Origin: Vulcanimicrobiota bacterium
GTDB taxonomy: Bacteria > Vulcanimicrobiota > Vulcanimicrobiia > Vulcanimicrobiales > Vulcanimicrobiaceae
Reading direction: 5' to 3'
Length of the DNA stretch: 64,000 nt
Assembly: GCA_963714015.1 (NCBI GenBank)
Contig: OY970223.1
Location: 3,104,001-3,168,000, forward strand
Shown: in pieces, positions 20,121-28,444 of the stretch
How the letters are laid out: each line of letters opens with the position of its first letter
Position numbering within the stretch: position 1 is the stretch's first letter
Made by a program: the position numbers and the translations under genes
Notes under the pieces: model-generated
What the model was told of the DNA's origin: nothing
Database searches by the model: none
The model's input: the letters and a program-made list of their open reading frames with translations, nothing else

Positions 20121-21514
20121 CCTCCCTTCGCTCTCGGCTCATTACTTGGTATGTGGGCGTTGCAGCCGTAGTCGTTCTCTGCATCGCAGTGCTCGCGACC
20201 GTTGCATCCGCGAGCCTAGCAGCGTATGGCGCGCGCGAAGCCATGGAGACGGCGGCAACCCGTATCGTGCCGCTGATGAACGACTACTCCAGACTGCCCG
20301 AACCGCGTCCCAATCCGCAAGTCTACTTGCAGAGGCGCCTAGCGGCATTTAGCGTCTTCGTTCTCCTTGGCCCACACGAAGGGGGAGGCAAGCCGGCTTA
20401 TGATTTCGGTCCGAGACCCTTTGGCCAAGCGCCGTTGCGGCCGCCTCCCGACGGTGCCGGATTCGGCCCCATGCCAATCCTTGTCCGTCTGCTTGCAATC
20501 GAGCAGCATCCGATAACGGTTGCTTATATCGGCGGAAACGCAACGCTTTTCATCAATCCCATCCGCCTGCGCTCCGTGCTCACGCAGCTGTGGATCATCT
20601 TGGGAATCTTTGCGATTTTCATGATGGCCGCGGCTTGGCGCATTGCCGTCGTCGTTTCCGACAACACGCTGGAACCGCTGCTGCGAACGACGCGGGCGCT
20701 GAACCGGTTTGGTGACGGCGACTTTACACCCGAAGCGGTGAGTACGTCCGATCGCAGCGAGCTTGGAGAACTGGCGCGTGCGTACAATCGCGCCGTCGAA
20801 CAGATCACGCGCGCATTCGGAGAGCGGTCGCGCACTGAAGCCGAGATGCGGCAGTTCGTCGCGGATGCGGGGCATCAACTTCGTACGCCGCTCACCGTGA
20901 TCATGGGCTATCTGAGCGCAATGGCGGCGCGACCGGATACCCCGCACCGCCCCGGCGTCTTCGGCACGATGCTCGCGCAGAGCCGCCGCATGAAATCGCT
21001 GATCGACGATCTGATCACCCTTGCCCGGCTGGAGCATCCCGAAGCGGCACCGCCTCAAATCGTCGACGTGGGCCAATTACTTTCGCGCATCACGGAGTGT
21101 TTCGAGGAAGACTTACGCGATCGAATTCGCATCGGCGCACCATCTGGGCCGTTGTTCGTCCAAGCCAATGGGGAGGATCTGCTTGGTGCGGTCTGCGCCT
21201 TAGTAGACAACGCGCTCAAGTACGGATTGCGCCGCCCGGTGGAAGTAACGGCCGGCCATCGTCTTGGCGACTGCATCATTACCGTAGCGGACCGCGGACC
21301 CGGCATGACCGAGGACGATCTCGCGCACGCGTTCGATCGTTTTTATCGCGGCGCTTCCGGCGAAGGATCTTCCGGAGCGGGCCTGGGCCTTGCGATCATT
21401 CGCAAGAGCGTCGAACGCGCGGGCGGTTCGATCCTGCTGCGCAACCGGGAGGGGGGCGGATTGGAGTGTACGCTGACGTTTCCGATGCAGTCCCAAGCGC
21501 GGCGCGTATCGTGA
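20117..21514 (+). CDS. HAMP sensor histidine kinase
   Basis: Two TM segments, HAMP, DAGHQLRTPLT, DNALKY, DRGPG, GAGLGL. Confidence 0.93.
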   Translation: MTSLRSRLITWYVGVAAVVVLCIAVLATVASASLAAYGAREAMETAATRIVPLMNDYSRLPEPRPNPQVYLQRRLAAFSVFVLLGPHEGGGKPAYDFGPRPFGQAPLRPPPDGAGFGPMPILVRLLAIEQHPITVAYIGGNATLFINPIRLRSVLTQLWIILGIFAIFMMAAAWRIAVVVSDNTLEPLLRTTRALNRFGDGDFTPEAVSTSDRSELGELARAYNRAVEQITRAFGERSRTEAEMRQFVADAGHQLRTPLTVIMGYLSAMAARPDTPHRPGVFGTMLAQSRRMKSLIDDLITLARLEHPEAAPPQIVDVGQLLSRITECFEEDLRDRIRIGAPSGPLFVQANGEDLLGAVCALVDNALKYGLRRPVEVTAGHRLGDCIITVADRGPGMTEDDLAHAFDRFYRGASGEGSSGAGLGLAIIRKSVERAGGSILLRNREGGGLECTLTFPMQSQARRVS

Positions 21515-21696
21515 CCGCTATTCCGCGGGCGCACGTTCGCCGGCGGAGGCTCGGCCGGATGGCAATAGACTCGCGCGCCTCGGGGCCACGACTCCTTGGA
21601 CTTGAACCATAGGCCGCCGTCCAGCGGCACGTGGATCAGGTATGGAAGTTTGCTCTCCGGATCGGGATTTCGGGCGACGATGAATTCGCTCGACAT
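21511..21696 (-). pseudogene. N-terminal remnant resembling actinobacterial ERCC4-domain proteins
   Basis: IVARNPDPESKLPYL...PL..GL..K..E.WPR.A.VYCH, then runs into the kinase antisense strand with no nuclease domain. Confidence 0.55.
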
Positions 21697-21731
21697 ATCT
21701 CGACGTTCTTCCGCGGCAACCCGCCGTTACT

Positions 21732-23402
21732 TCAAGGCGTAACGGTAATTTCCGTAGGCGCACCAAGGCCGGCGTTAGAACCGCCAATCGTGCGGATCGG
21801 CGTTGTGTTATCGAGATTGAATTCCTCGATGTCGAAAGTGTTTTGCACCGGAATCTCGGCATAAACACGATCGCCGGAATCCAAAGCAAACGACATCATC
21901 GAAACGCCCGGCAACCTTTGCTGCGGCGACGTGCTGCCGACCGCGTACGAAGTAAACGCGCCATTGACGATCGCGTACAGCACGCCCGAATTGTCCGTCA
22001 AGAGGTTGCTAATCTGAGCGACTCCATAATTCAATGGAGCGACCGTAATGGTTCTGGTAGGGGTTAAAACACCGCTGCCTGAGGGACCGTATTCAACGAT
22101 ATTTGAGTTGCCCCCCGTTATTTGATTGGGCTCCTCTGCAACGAAGACGTCTCCGGAAGAATCCGCCGCCAGCGACGAAATCCAACATTGATTCTGCAGT
22201 GCGATCTGCCGGATGAGCGGAGGATTGACGTACGAATTCGCAGGGAATTTGTCGACGTACACAGGGTCTGGAACGTTACATCCTAATTCGAAGTTGTTTT
22301 CGCCGGCCAGCGCGTAAACGTTCTGGGAAGCATCTACTGCACCAACCCAATCGGGAATCGTACCAATGGGGCTTCCCGAACTCATATAGCGGGCCGAAGA
22401 AGTTGAAATGTTCGGCGCCGGCACAAAGCTTGACCAAAAATCTCCCGAACTGTCCGCGCCGAGCGGTCCCATGACGGCAATGGACCGCAGCGGCGCCACG
22501 TTGCCGTCATCGGTTGAAGTGAATTCGGAGACGTAATTCAGCTCCCGCGGCGAGTCGATTTGGGAACCGGCAAAGATTTGCGCGGTACCTACCGGACCGG
22601 GGCCGATGGCGTACGTGGTTTTGGCATTTGGAAAGTCCGTTGCCGTGACGCTGAATACGAGCGGGCCGGTTGCCGAGCCGTCGTAGGTCCACGTAGTCGA
22701 GAAATCGTTTGCGAATGAGCTGCCCCCTCCGATCATCGACGTTCCTTCGCTGTCTTGCTCGTACGTGTCGATGTAGAAGACCTTCCACGAGGTCTCCGTC
22801 ATGGGAGGGGCCGGAATTATCCCGCCGCTTGCATCGACCCCGACGACGGTCACCGTGGTGTTCATCCACTTGCCCTGCGCAAACGTGTTGGGACTCGCCG
22901 AAATTTGGAGCGACTCTGCCGCGCCGTACAAGGGCAGCGAAAAATAGTTTTGTTGGCCGGCAACGACGTTGACATGCGTATCCGCGCGAATCGCAAGCGG
23001 CGTTCCGGTCCCGTCATTCGTTTCGTAGGTGTACGCTTTTATCGATTCATTCTGCCCTACTGCAGCCTGAACCGTGATGGTGCAGTCGATGTATCCGCCG
23101 CTCGCGACGGTGCAGCCGGGCGTGGAGGCCGAAAGCGGCAGCGGTCCGATCTGGAAGCCGCCCACATATAAGACGAGCGATTTCGTGGCGGGTGAAAGAC
23201 CAGGCGCATCCGGTTCGCTGAACGTGATGACGAGCGCAGCGGTTTGCGATGGGGTCGGTGGGGTTGTGGGCGACGAACTTGCGCTGGGCGAAGGATGGCC
23301 CGACGAAGATGGATTCGGAACGGGCGATGAGCCGCCTCCGCCGCATCCGGCGAACGCCGCAGCGGCGAAGAAAAGGACGGCGCCCAAGGCACGCTTGCGC
23401 AT
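21732..23402 (-). CDS. Large surface lipoprotein (beta-rich N-domain plus NHL-like repeats)
   Basis: Lipobox AFAGC-GGGGSS, Pro/Ser linker, GNVAPLRSI and PIRTI.GSN.GL repeats. Confidence 0.75.
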   Translation of the reverse strand: MRKRALGAVLFFAAAAFAGCGGGGSSPVPNPSSSGHPSPSASSSPTTPPTPSQTAALVITFSEPDAPGLSPATKSLVLYVGGFQIGPLPLSASTPGCTVASGGYIDCTITVQAAVGQNESIKAYTYETNDGTGTPLAIRADTHVNVVAGQQNYFSLPLYGAAESLQISASPNTFAQGKWMNTTVTVVGVDASGGIIPAPPMTETSWKVFYIDTYEQDSEGTSMIGGGSSFANDFSTTWTYDGSATGPLVFSVTATDFPNAKTTYAIGPGPVGTAQIFAGSQIDSPRELNYVSEFTSTDDGNVAPLRSIAVMGPLGADSSGDFWSSFVPAPNISTSSARYMSSGSPIGTIPDWVGAVDASQNVYALAGENNFELGCNVPDPVYVDKFPANSYVNPPLIRQIALQNQCWISSLAADSSGDVFVAEEPNQITGGNSNIVEYGPSGSGVLTPTRTITVAPLNYGVAQISNLLTDNSGVLYAIVNGAFTSYAVGSTSPQQRLPGVSMMSFALDSGDRVYAEIPVQNTFDIEEFNLDNTTPIRTIGGSNAGLGAPTEITVTP

Positions 23403-23521
23403 CAAGAATATAGTTTCGGATTCGTCGAATGAACGCCCTAGCGCGAACCTTCCCGGCGGCCGGTTCTGAGCATCGTGCTGCTTCAGAGGACAGCTCCGCA
23501 TCGGTCATAAATCCCAGCACT

Positions 23522-23872
23522 ATGGTCAAAGACATGGCGTTCATCGCTTATTCGGTTCGCGACGTTCCTGCGGCCACCGCGTTCTATCGTGACGTCGTCG
23601 GCCTCGAGCCGGGAGAGAGCTTCGGCGAGCATTGGGTGGAGTTCAACGTGGGATCCACCGCATTTGGTATAGGCAACGGCGAACCGCTGGGATTCGAGCC
23701 GGGCAAGTCGACCGGAGCATCGTTTGAAGTGGATAACATCAAGGAAATGCGCGAACGGCTCGCCTCGAGCGGCATCCAGGTAACCGAAGTGCATGACTTT
23801 CCGAATTGCGCGGCTTGCTTCGTTACGGACCCGGAAGGCAACAAGTTCGCCCTCCATCAGAAAAAAGCCTAA
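23522..23872 (+). CDS. VOC/glyoxalase family protein
   Basis: V.D..AA..FY.DVVGL, FEVDN, DPEGN...LHQ. Confidence 0.9.
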   Translation: MVKDMAFIAYSVRDVPAATAFYRDVVGLEPGESFGEHWVEFNVGSTAFGIGNGEPLGFEPGKSTGASFEVDNIKEMRERLASSGIQVTEVHDFPNCAACFVTDPEGNKFALHQKKA

Positions 23873-23915
23873 ACCGGCGTGCGGGAGGACTGGCCAAAGG
23901 TTTTGACGGTGTAGG

Positions 23916-24068
23916 TTAAGCGGCGCGCGCCGGGCGCATCAAAACGACAGCAAAACCCCAGCCGCTTGCCAAACGAGTCCGGACCACGTATCCGCCGGAG
24001 ATTTTTTCATAGACATGGTAGCCTTCACGTAAGGCTTCCGATAGATTCGAAAAAACGACTATTCCCAT
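23916..24068 (-). CDS. Small 50-aa hypothetical protein
   Basis: MGIVVF.NL.EALREGY.VYEK...GYVVRT; TATCGT -10 located 6 nt upstream of ATG. Confidence 0.6.
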   Translation of the reverse strand: MGIVVFSNLSEALREGYHVYEKISGGYVVRTRLASGWGFAVVLMRPARAA

Positions 24069-26409
24069 GACTAAACGATATCGCGGGCGAGCCGAGGCCG
24101 GCACTTACACTGCGACAGTTACTCACACACTGCGAGCACGCAAGGCTTTCGGAGACGTCTTTGAGGACCGCATCCGCTATGCGGACGGCGTCTTCCATTT
24201 GCAGGCCGTTCCCCTCGTTCCAGATGGCCTCGCAGGTTTCGCGCGACAGCAGCGCCGTCGCGGCGGCCACAATCTGCGTGCGCTCCAGTTCCTGAGTGCG
24301 ACCTAGCGGCATACGCATCACTTTGCACGCCGACACCGCGGCCCCGCAAAGCTCCACGGCTTGCTTCGGCCGGTTCGCGTTCAGGCACAAGTGTGCGGCG
24401 GTGAGCAGCATCTGAGCCGTCAGCGGGCGCGCGCCCATCGCGTGGGCCAGCAGCAGCGATTCCTTGAGTGTCCCTGCGCATTCGCAAAGATCGCCTTGCG
24501 CGAGCCGTACTTCCGCGATCCCCTGCAACGCCCGTTGAATGCCGAGCGGGTGGCCGGTCTCGCGCGCCGTTTGCAGCGAACGCGCAAGCAGTTCGATCGC
24601 ATGCGGGAGCTCGCCCAATTCCAGGCGGCAGCGCGCTATGTTCGCGGCGATTAGACACTCGCTCCAAACGTCGCCTACTGCGCGCGCGCGGTTCAACGCC
24701 GGTTCAAAGTGCGCAAGTGCTTCCCGCGCCTTCCCTTCGCGCAGCAGCATTTCGCCGGAGTCAATTTCAGGCTGCGCCTGGGCTTCGTCGAAGCACCGGC
24801 GCGCAGCGTCAAAGTCACCCTCCGCTGCAGCAACCCGCCCGCACGCGACGAGCGCCGCGCGGCTCTCTTCGGGAAAGGACGGCCCGCAAGCTTGTGCCAA
24901 ACCGAGCGCCGTTTCCAATCGTGTCCGCGCTTCCCCGTAGGCGCCGGCGCGGTAGTAATACTCGAACAAATCGGAAGCTAGCAAGAGCGCCGTGCGGACG
25001 TCGCGCTTTTCGACGGTCCACGAAAACGCGCAGCGAAGATTCGTCATGTTCTCGCGTAACCGGCGCAGCCACGTCCGCTGCCCGCTGCCGCCCAGATGCG
25101 CGACCGCCTCCGCCGCGTATGCGGCGTACCAGCACGTATGCCGATCCCGCGCGAGCTGTGCGATTTGCGGATCCGCCACGACCCGCGATCCGAAGTCGCG
25201 AATGACGCCCAGCATTTCGAGCCGCGGTTCGCCTTCGCTCGAGAAAGCGCGCTTGAGCAGATTTTTGTCGGCGAGCGCTTCGAGGATGCCTTCCGTCTCG
25301 GCGCCGTCGCAGCCGCTGTCGGTACACGCCGCCAGCACTGCTTCGGCATGACACCCCGCCGGAAGCGACGCTACGCGTAAGAACGCCCGCCGTTCCTCCT
25401 CGCTGAGCGCATCGTAGCTCCACGCGATCGCCGCTTCCATGGTCGAATGGCGTTGTGCGCCGTCGCGATAGCCGTTCGTAAGGACCGTCAGCGGCGCACG
25501 CATACGGTCGCGCAGTTCCGAAAGCGAGATCTTTCCTAGACGCGCCGCTGCAAGCTCGATGGCGAGCGGCAACCCCTCGAGGCAATCCAAAACTTCGGCG
25601 AGCGCGGTTTGATTCTGCTCCGTGACCGAAAAGGTCCGATCGACGCGCTGCGCCGTCTGGACGAATAGCGCTTGTCCATCCGCGGCGGACAGCGGATCGA
25701 GTTGAAACAGCATCTCGCCGCGGACGTGCAGCGGTTCGCGGCTGGTAATGAGCACACTCAAATCGGGGCAGCGCAGGAGCAGATCGACGATGCGCGGGGC
25801 GGCCGCCAGCACGCGTTCAAAGTTGTCCAGCACCAAGAGCATGCGGCGCGGCTCGAGCGACTCCATTACCGCCGTCATCGCGTCGGGGACGGTGGAAACG
25901 TTGAGCGCGGCCGCTATGGCGGCCGGCAGATGTTCGGGCGCAACGACGTGCTCGAGTTCGATAAACTTGTGGCCATCGCAGCGGCGGCAATGCAGCTGCG
26001 TGCTTACCGCACGCGCCAGCGCGGTCTTTCCCACGCCGCCGGGCCCGACGATTGAGATTAAACGTTCGCCCGAAACCAGCGCATCGCACAGATCGCGCAC
26101 TTCGTCGTCCCGGCCGATCAGAGGACGCAGTTCCGCAACGCCGTTATGCACGCTCGCCAGCGACGCCAAACCGCGAACCCGCGGTTTTCCTTGTGCGGCA
26201 ATCTCAAACTCAGCGCGTTCGTCATCCGAGAGACCGAGCGCCGATGCTAAGCGCAAAACGGTGTCCTTGTAAGGACGCGAGCGAGCGCCGCGCTCGAGTG
26301 CGCTGATGGCCTGCACGCTCATGGCGGCGAGCTCCGCAAGCGCTTCCTGCGAGAGCCCCGCTCTAATCCGCCGTTCCTTGAGCAGCTCGGCGAACGTCGG
26401 AGAATGCAT
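24025..26409 (-). CDS. XRE-HTH / STAND (NB-ARC-like) ATPase / TPR regulator
   Basis: GLSQEALA...S..AISALERG; GPGGVGKT; LLVLDNFE; GLPLAIELAA; TGATG coupling to msrA; 3' end may be over-extended. Confidence 0.9.
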   Translation of the reverse strand: MHSPTFAELLKERRIRAGLSQEALAELAAMSVQAISALERGARSRPYKDTVLRLASALGLSDDERAEFEIAAQGKPRVRGLASLASVHNGVAELRPLIGRDDEVRDLCDALVSGERLISIVGPGGVGKTALARAVSTQLHCRRCDGHKFIELEHVVAPEHLPAAIAAALNVSTVPDAMTAVMESLEPRRMLLVLDNFERVLAAAPRIVDLLLRCPDLSVLITSREPLHVRGEMLFQLDPLSAADGQALFVQTAQRVDRTFSVTEQNQTALAEVLDCLEGLPLAIELAAARLGKISLSELRDRMRAPLTVLTNGYRDGAQRHSTMEAAIAWSYDALSEEERRAFLRVASLPAGCHAEAVLAACTDSGCDGAETEGILEALADKNLLKRAFSSEGEPRLEMLGVIRDFGSRVVADPQIAQLARDRHTCWYAAYAAEAVAHLGGSGQRTWLRRLRENMTNLRCAFSWTVEKRDVRTALLLASDLFEYYYRAGAYGEARTRLETALGLAQACGPSFPEESRAALVACGRVAAAEGDFDAARRCFDEAQAQPEIDSGEMLLREGKAREALAHFEPALNRARAVGDVWSECLIAANIARCRLELGELPHAIELLARSLQTARETGHPLGIQRALQGIAEVRLAQGDLCECAGTLKESLLLAHAMGARPLTAQMLLTAAHLCLNANRPKQAVELCGAAVSACKVMRMPLGRTQELERTQIVAAATALLSRETCEAIWNEGNGLQMEDAVRIADAVLKDVSESLACSQCVSNCRSVSAGLGSPAISFSHGNSRFFESIGSLT
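24107..24135 (-). repeat. Direct repeat TCGCAGTGT x2 (20-bp period), candidate operator
   Basis: Exact 9-mers at 24107-24115 and 24127-24135 upstream of the small gene. Confidence 0.55.
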
Positions 26410-26975
26410 CAGCAAGCGTACGCGCGTAGGCGTTCGCGCGCAAAGTAGTGCTGATGATATTCCTCTGCCCGGTAGAAGGTCGCGGCCGGTTCGATCTCAG
26501 TCACGATCGGTCTACGGTACGTGCCCCCGGCGACCAGACGATCGCGTGAACTGACGGCGGCCCGGCGCTGCTCGGGCGAATGGATGAAGATGCGTGAGCG
26601 GTATTGCGGCCCGACGTCGTAGCCCTGGCGGTTTGCCGATGTCGGATCGTGGAGACGCCAGAAGCGTTCCAGCAGGTCGCCGTACGTCGTAACGAGCGGA
26701 TCGTACGTCAGCCGTACCACCTCGGCATGCCCGGTGTCTCCGGCACAGATGTCGCGGAAGGTCGGGTTCTCGAGTGAGCCGCCGCAGTAACCGACGGCCG
26801 TTTCGACGACACCCGGCAGAGCCGCGAATGCGGCCTCCAGCGTCCAAAAACAACCGCCGGCAAAGGTCGCCGTGGCCAAGTTCGCCGTGCCGAGATAAGC
26901 CCGTGAGGGGGGCGCCGTCCGCAGTTTTTCCGCCGCCCAAGCTACGTCGTCTTCAGTGATAGGCAGTGTGAGCAT
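26409..26975 (-). CDS. msrA: Peptide methionine sulfoxide reductase A
   Basis: GGCFW, TGHAE, HDPT..NRQG.D.G.QYRS, AEEYHQ.Y. Confidence 0.96.
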   Translation of the reverse strand: MLTLPITEDDVAWAAEKLRTAPPSRAYLGTANLATATFAGGCFWTLEAAFAALPGVVETAVGYCGGSLENPTFRDICAGDTGHAEVVRLTYDPLVTTYGDLLERFWRLHDPTSANRQGYDVGPQYRSRIFIHSPEQRRAAVSSRDRLVAGGTYRRPIVTEIEPAATFYRAEEYHQHYFARERLRAYAC

Positions 26976-27149
26976 GCTCTAACGGTACTGCGGCGGGCGA
27001 TTCCGGAACAGGAAATTTCTCACATTTTGGTATCTGCCGGGTCCCTACACGCCAATGTGTGGGTGAAGTGTGCGGGTGTCGATGTTTGCCGAACCGCCGT
27101 TGTCCTAGGATGCCGTCATAACCCATCCTCCGCGAAAGGCAAAAGTTCA

Positions 27150-28259
27150 GTGAATCATCGTCTCCTGGCCGCAGCGACGGCCTCAGTTCTGGCGGCGCTC
27201 TCGATGGCCGCCTGCGGCGGCGGCTCTTCGGTTCCGGTCGTGAAGACGACCGCGGTTCCGACCACCACTCCCACCACCGCTCCCAAAGTCAACACTCAGG
27301 CATTGTGGGTCGCAAACGGCGCAAACGTCGTTGAGTTCGGCCCTTCACAGCTGACCGCCACGGTCGGCGATCCCATCCCGCAAGCCGCGATTAACAGCAC
27401 CGTCTTCGGCGCGCCTCAGGGCGTCCAATTCGATGCCAAGGGCGACCTGTGGGTCATAGACGGCGGCACAGTGGCAGCCGGAGGAACCATCGCCCCGGCG
27501 CTGTTCGAGTTCACCCCGCAGCAGCTTGCCCAGTTGCACACGAACGCCACGCCCGCTCCGGCCGCGACGATCCGTTTCAACGGCTTCGTCTTTCCGCAGC
27601 AAGGCGTGTTCGACAAGAACGGCAACTTTTGGGTGACGGATAACGGTGCGAATGCCGTCGACGTGTTCTCCCCCTCGGAACTGGCTGCGGGCGGCGCGAA
27701 CGTCGCGCCGATTGCATCCATCTCGGCCGGCTTTACCGGACCGCTCGGCATCGCCTTCGACGCGATGGGCGATCTGTTCGTCGCCAACAACGGCACGACC
27801 ACGATCTTCGGCTTCAAAGCGAGCAAGCTGCCCGCGAGCGGCAACGCGACGCTGACGCCGGACGTCACGCTCTCGGACGACGGGGCGGGTTCCATTCAGG
27901 GGCCGTGGGCATTGGTCTTCGATCAACGCGGCGATCTCTGGTCCAGCAACGCCAACGCGCCGTTCACACTCGTCGAGTTCAGCTCCTCACAGATCGCCGC
28001 ATCGGGTTCGCCGAGGCCGATCGTGACGCTCAGCCCGACCACCGTTCAAGCCAACTCAACGCTGAACGCGCCGAACGGCATCGCGTTCGACAGCATCGGC
28101 GACCTCGCCGCCATCAGCTCCGCAACGCCTTTCGGCGTCGCAGACTTCGGCTTCGCTCAACTCACCAGCAGCGCGGCGGTGCCTCCCACTGCGTTCATGG
28201 TTGGAACGACGACGACGCTCAACGCTCCGGCCGGCGACGTCTTCGGCGCGAGCTTCTAA
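27150..28259 (+). CDS. Surface lipoprotein with NHL repeats
   Basis: Lipobox SMAAC-GGGSS; five P.G..FD..GDLW-type repeats. Confidence 0.85.
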   Translation: MNHRLLAAATASVLAALSMAACGGGSSVPVVKTTAVPTTTPTTAPKVNTQALWVANGANVVEFGPSQLTATVGDPIPQAAINSTVFGAPQGVQFDAKGDLWVIDGGTVAAGGTIAPALFEFTPQQLAQLHTNATPAPAATIRFNGFVFPQQGVFDKNGNFWVTDNGANAVDVFSPSELAAGGANVAPIASISAGFTGPLGIAFDAMGDLFVANNGTTTIFGFKASKLPASGNATLTPDVTLSDDGAGSIQGPWALVFDQRGDLWSSNANAPFTLVEFSSSQIAASGSPRPIVTLSPTTVQANSTLNAPNGIAFDSIGDLAAISSATPFGVADFGFAQLTSSAAVPPTAFMVGTTTTLNAPAGDVFGASF

Positions 28260-28265
28260 GCCGCA

Positions 28266-28437
28266 CCGACAATGTTCGGCGATCGCGGGACCCACGTTTC
28301 AGCTAAAAGGAAACGGTGGGCCCCGAGATCCCGACGCTTTGCGAGATCGCGCTCGCAACCGCAGAGGGCGCGATCTCGCAAAAGAACGTCATCTTGGTGA
28401 CGTCGCGTATCGTCCGGTTCGTCGACTCAGCGATGCT
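28266..28437. other. Structured intergenic region with several consecutive hairpins
   Basis: Imperfect stem of about 20 bp at 28281-28330; perfect 15-bp stem 28338-28352/28368-28382; 6-bp stem 28386-28403. Confidence 0.55.
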
Positions 28438-28444
28438 GATTGGC

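Noticed and set aside
24025..26409. STAND ATPase as an Avs-type anti-phage system
   Set aside because: The N-terminus is an XRE HTH with no nuclease or other effector, and there is no defence-island context; it fits a transcriptional regulator
28260..28444. 6S RNA, retron msr-msd or hammerhead ribozyme identity for the structured region
   Set aside because: The ends do not pair into one rod, no reverse transcriptase is nearby, and no complete CUGAnGA...GAAA core is present
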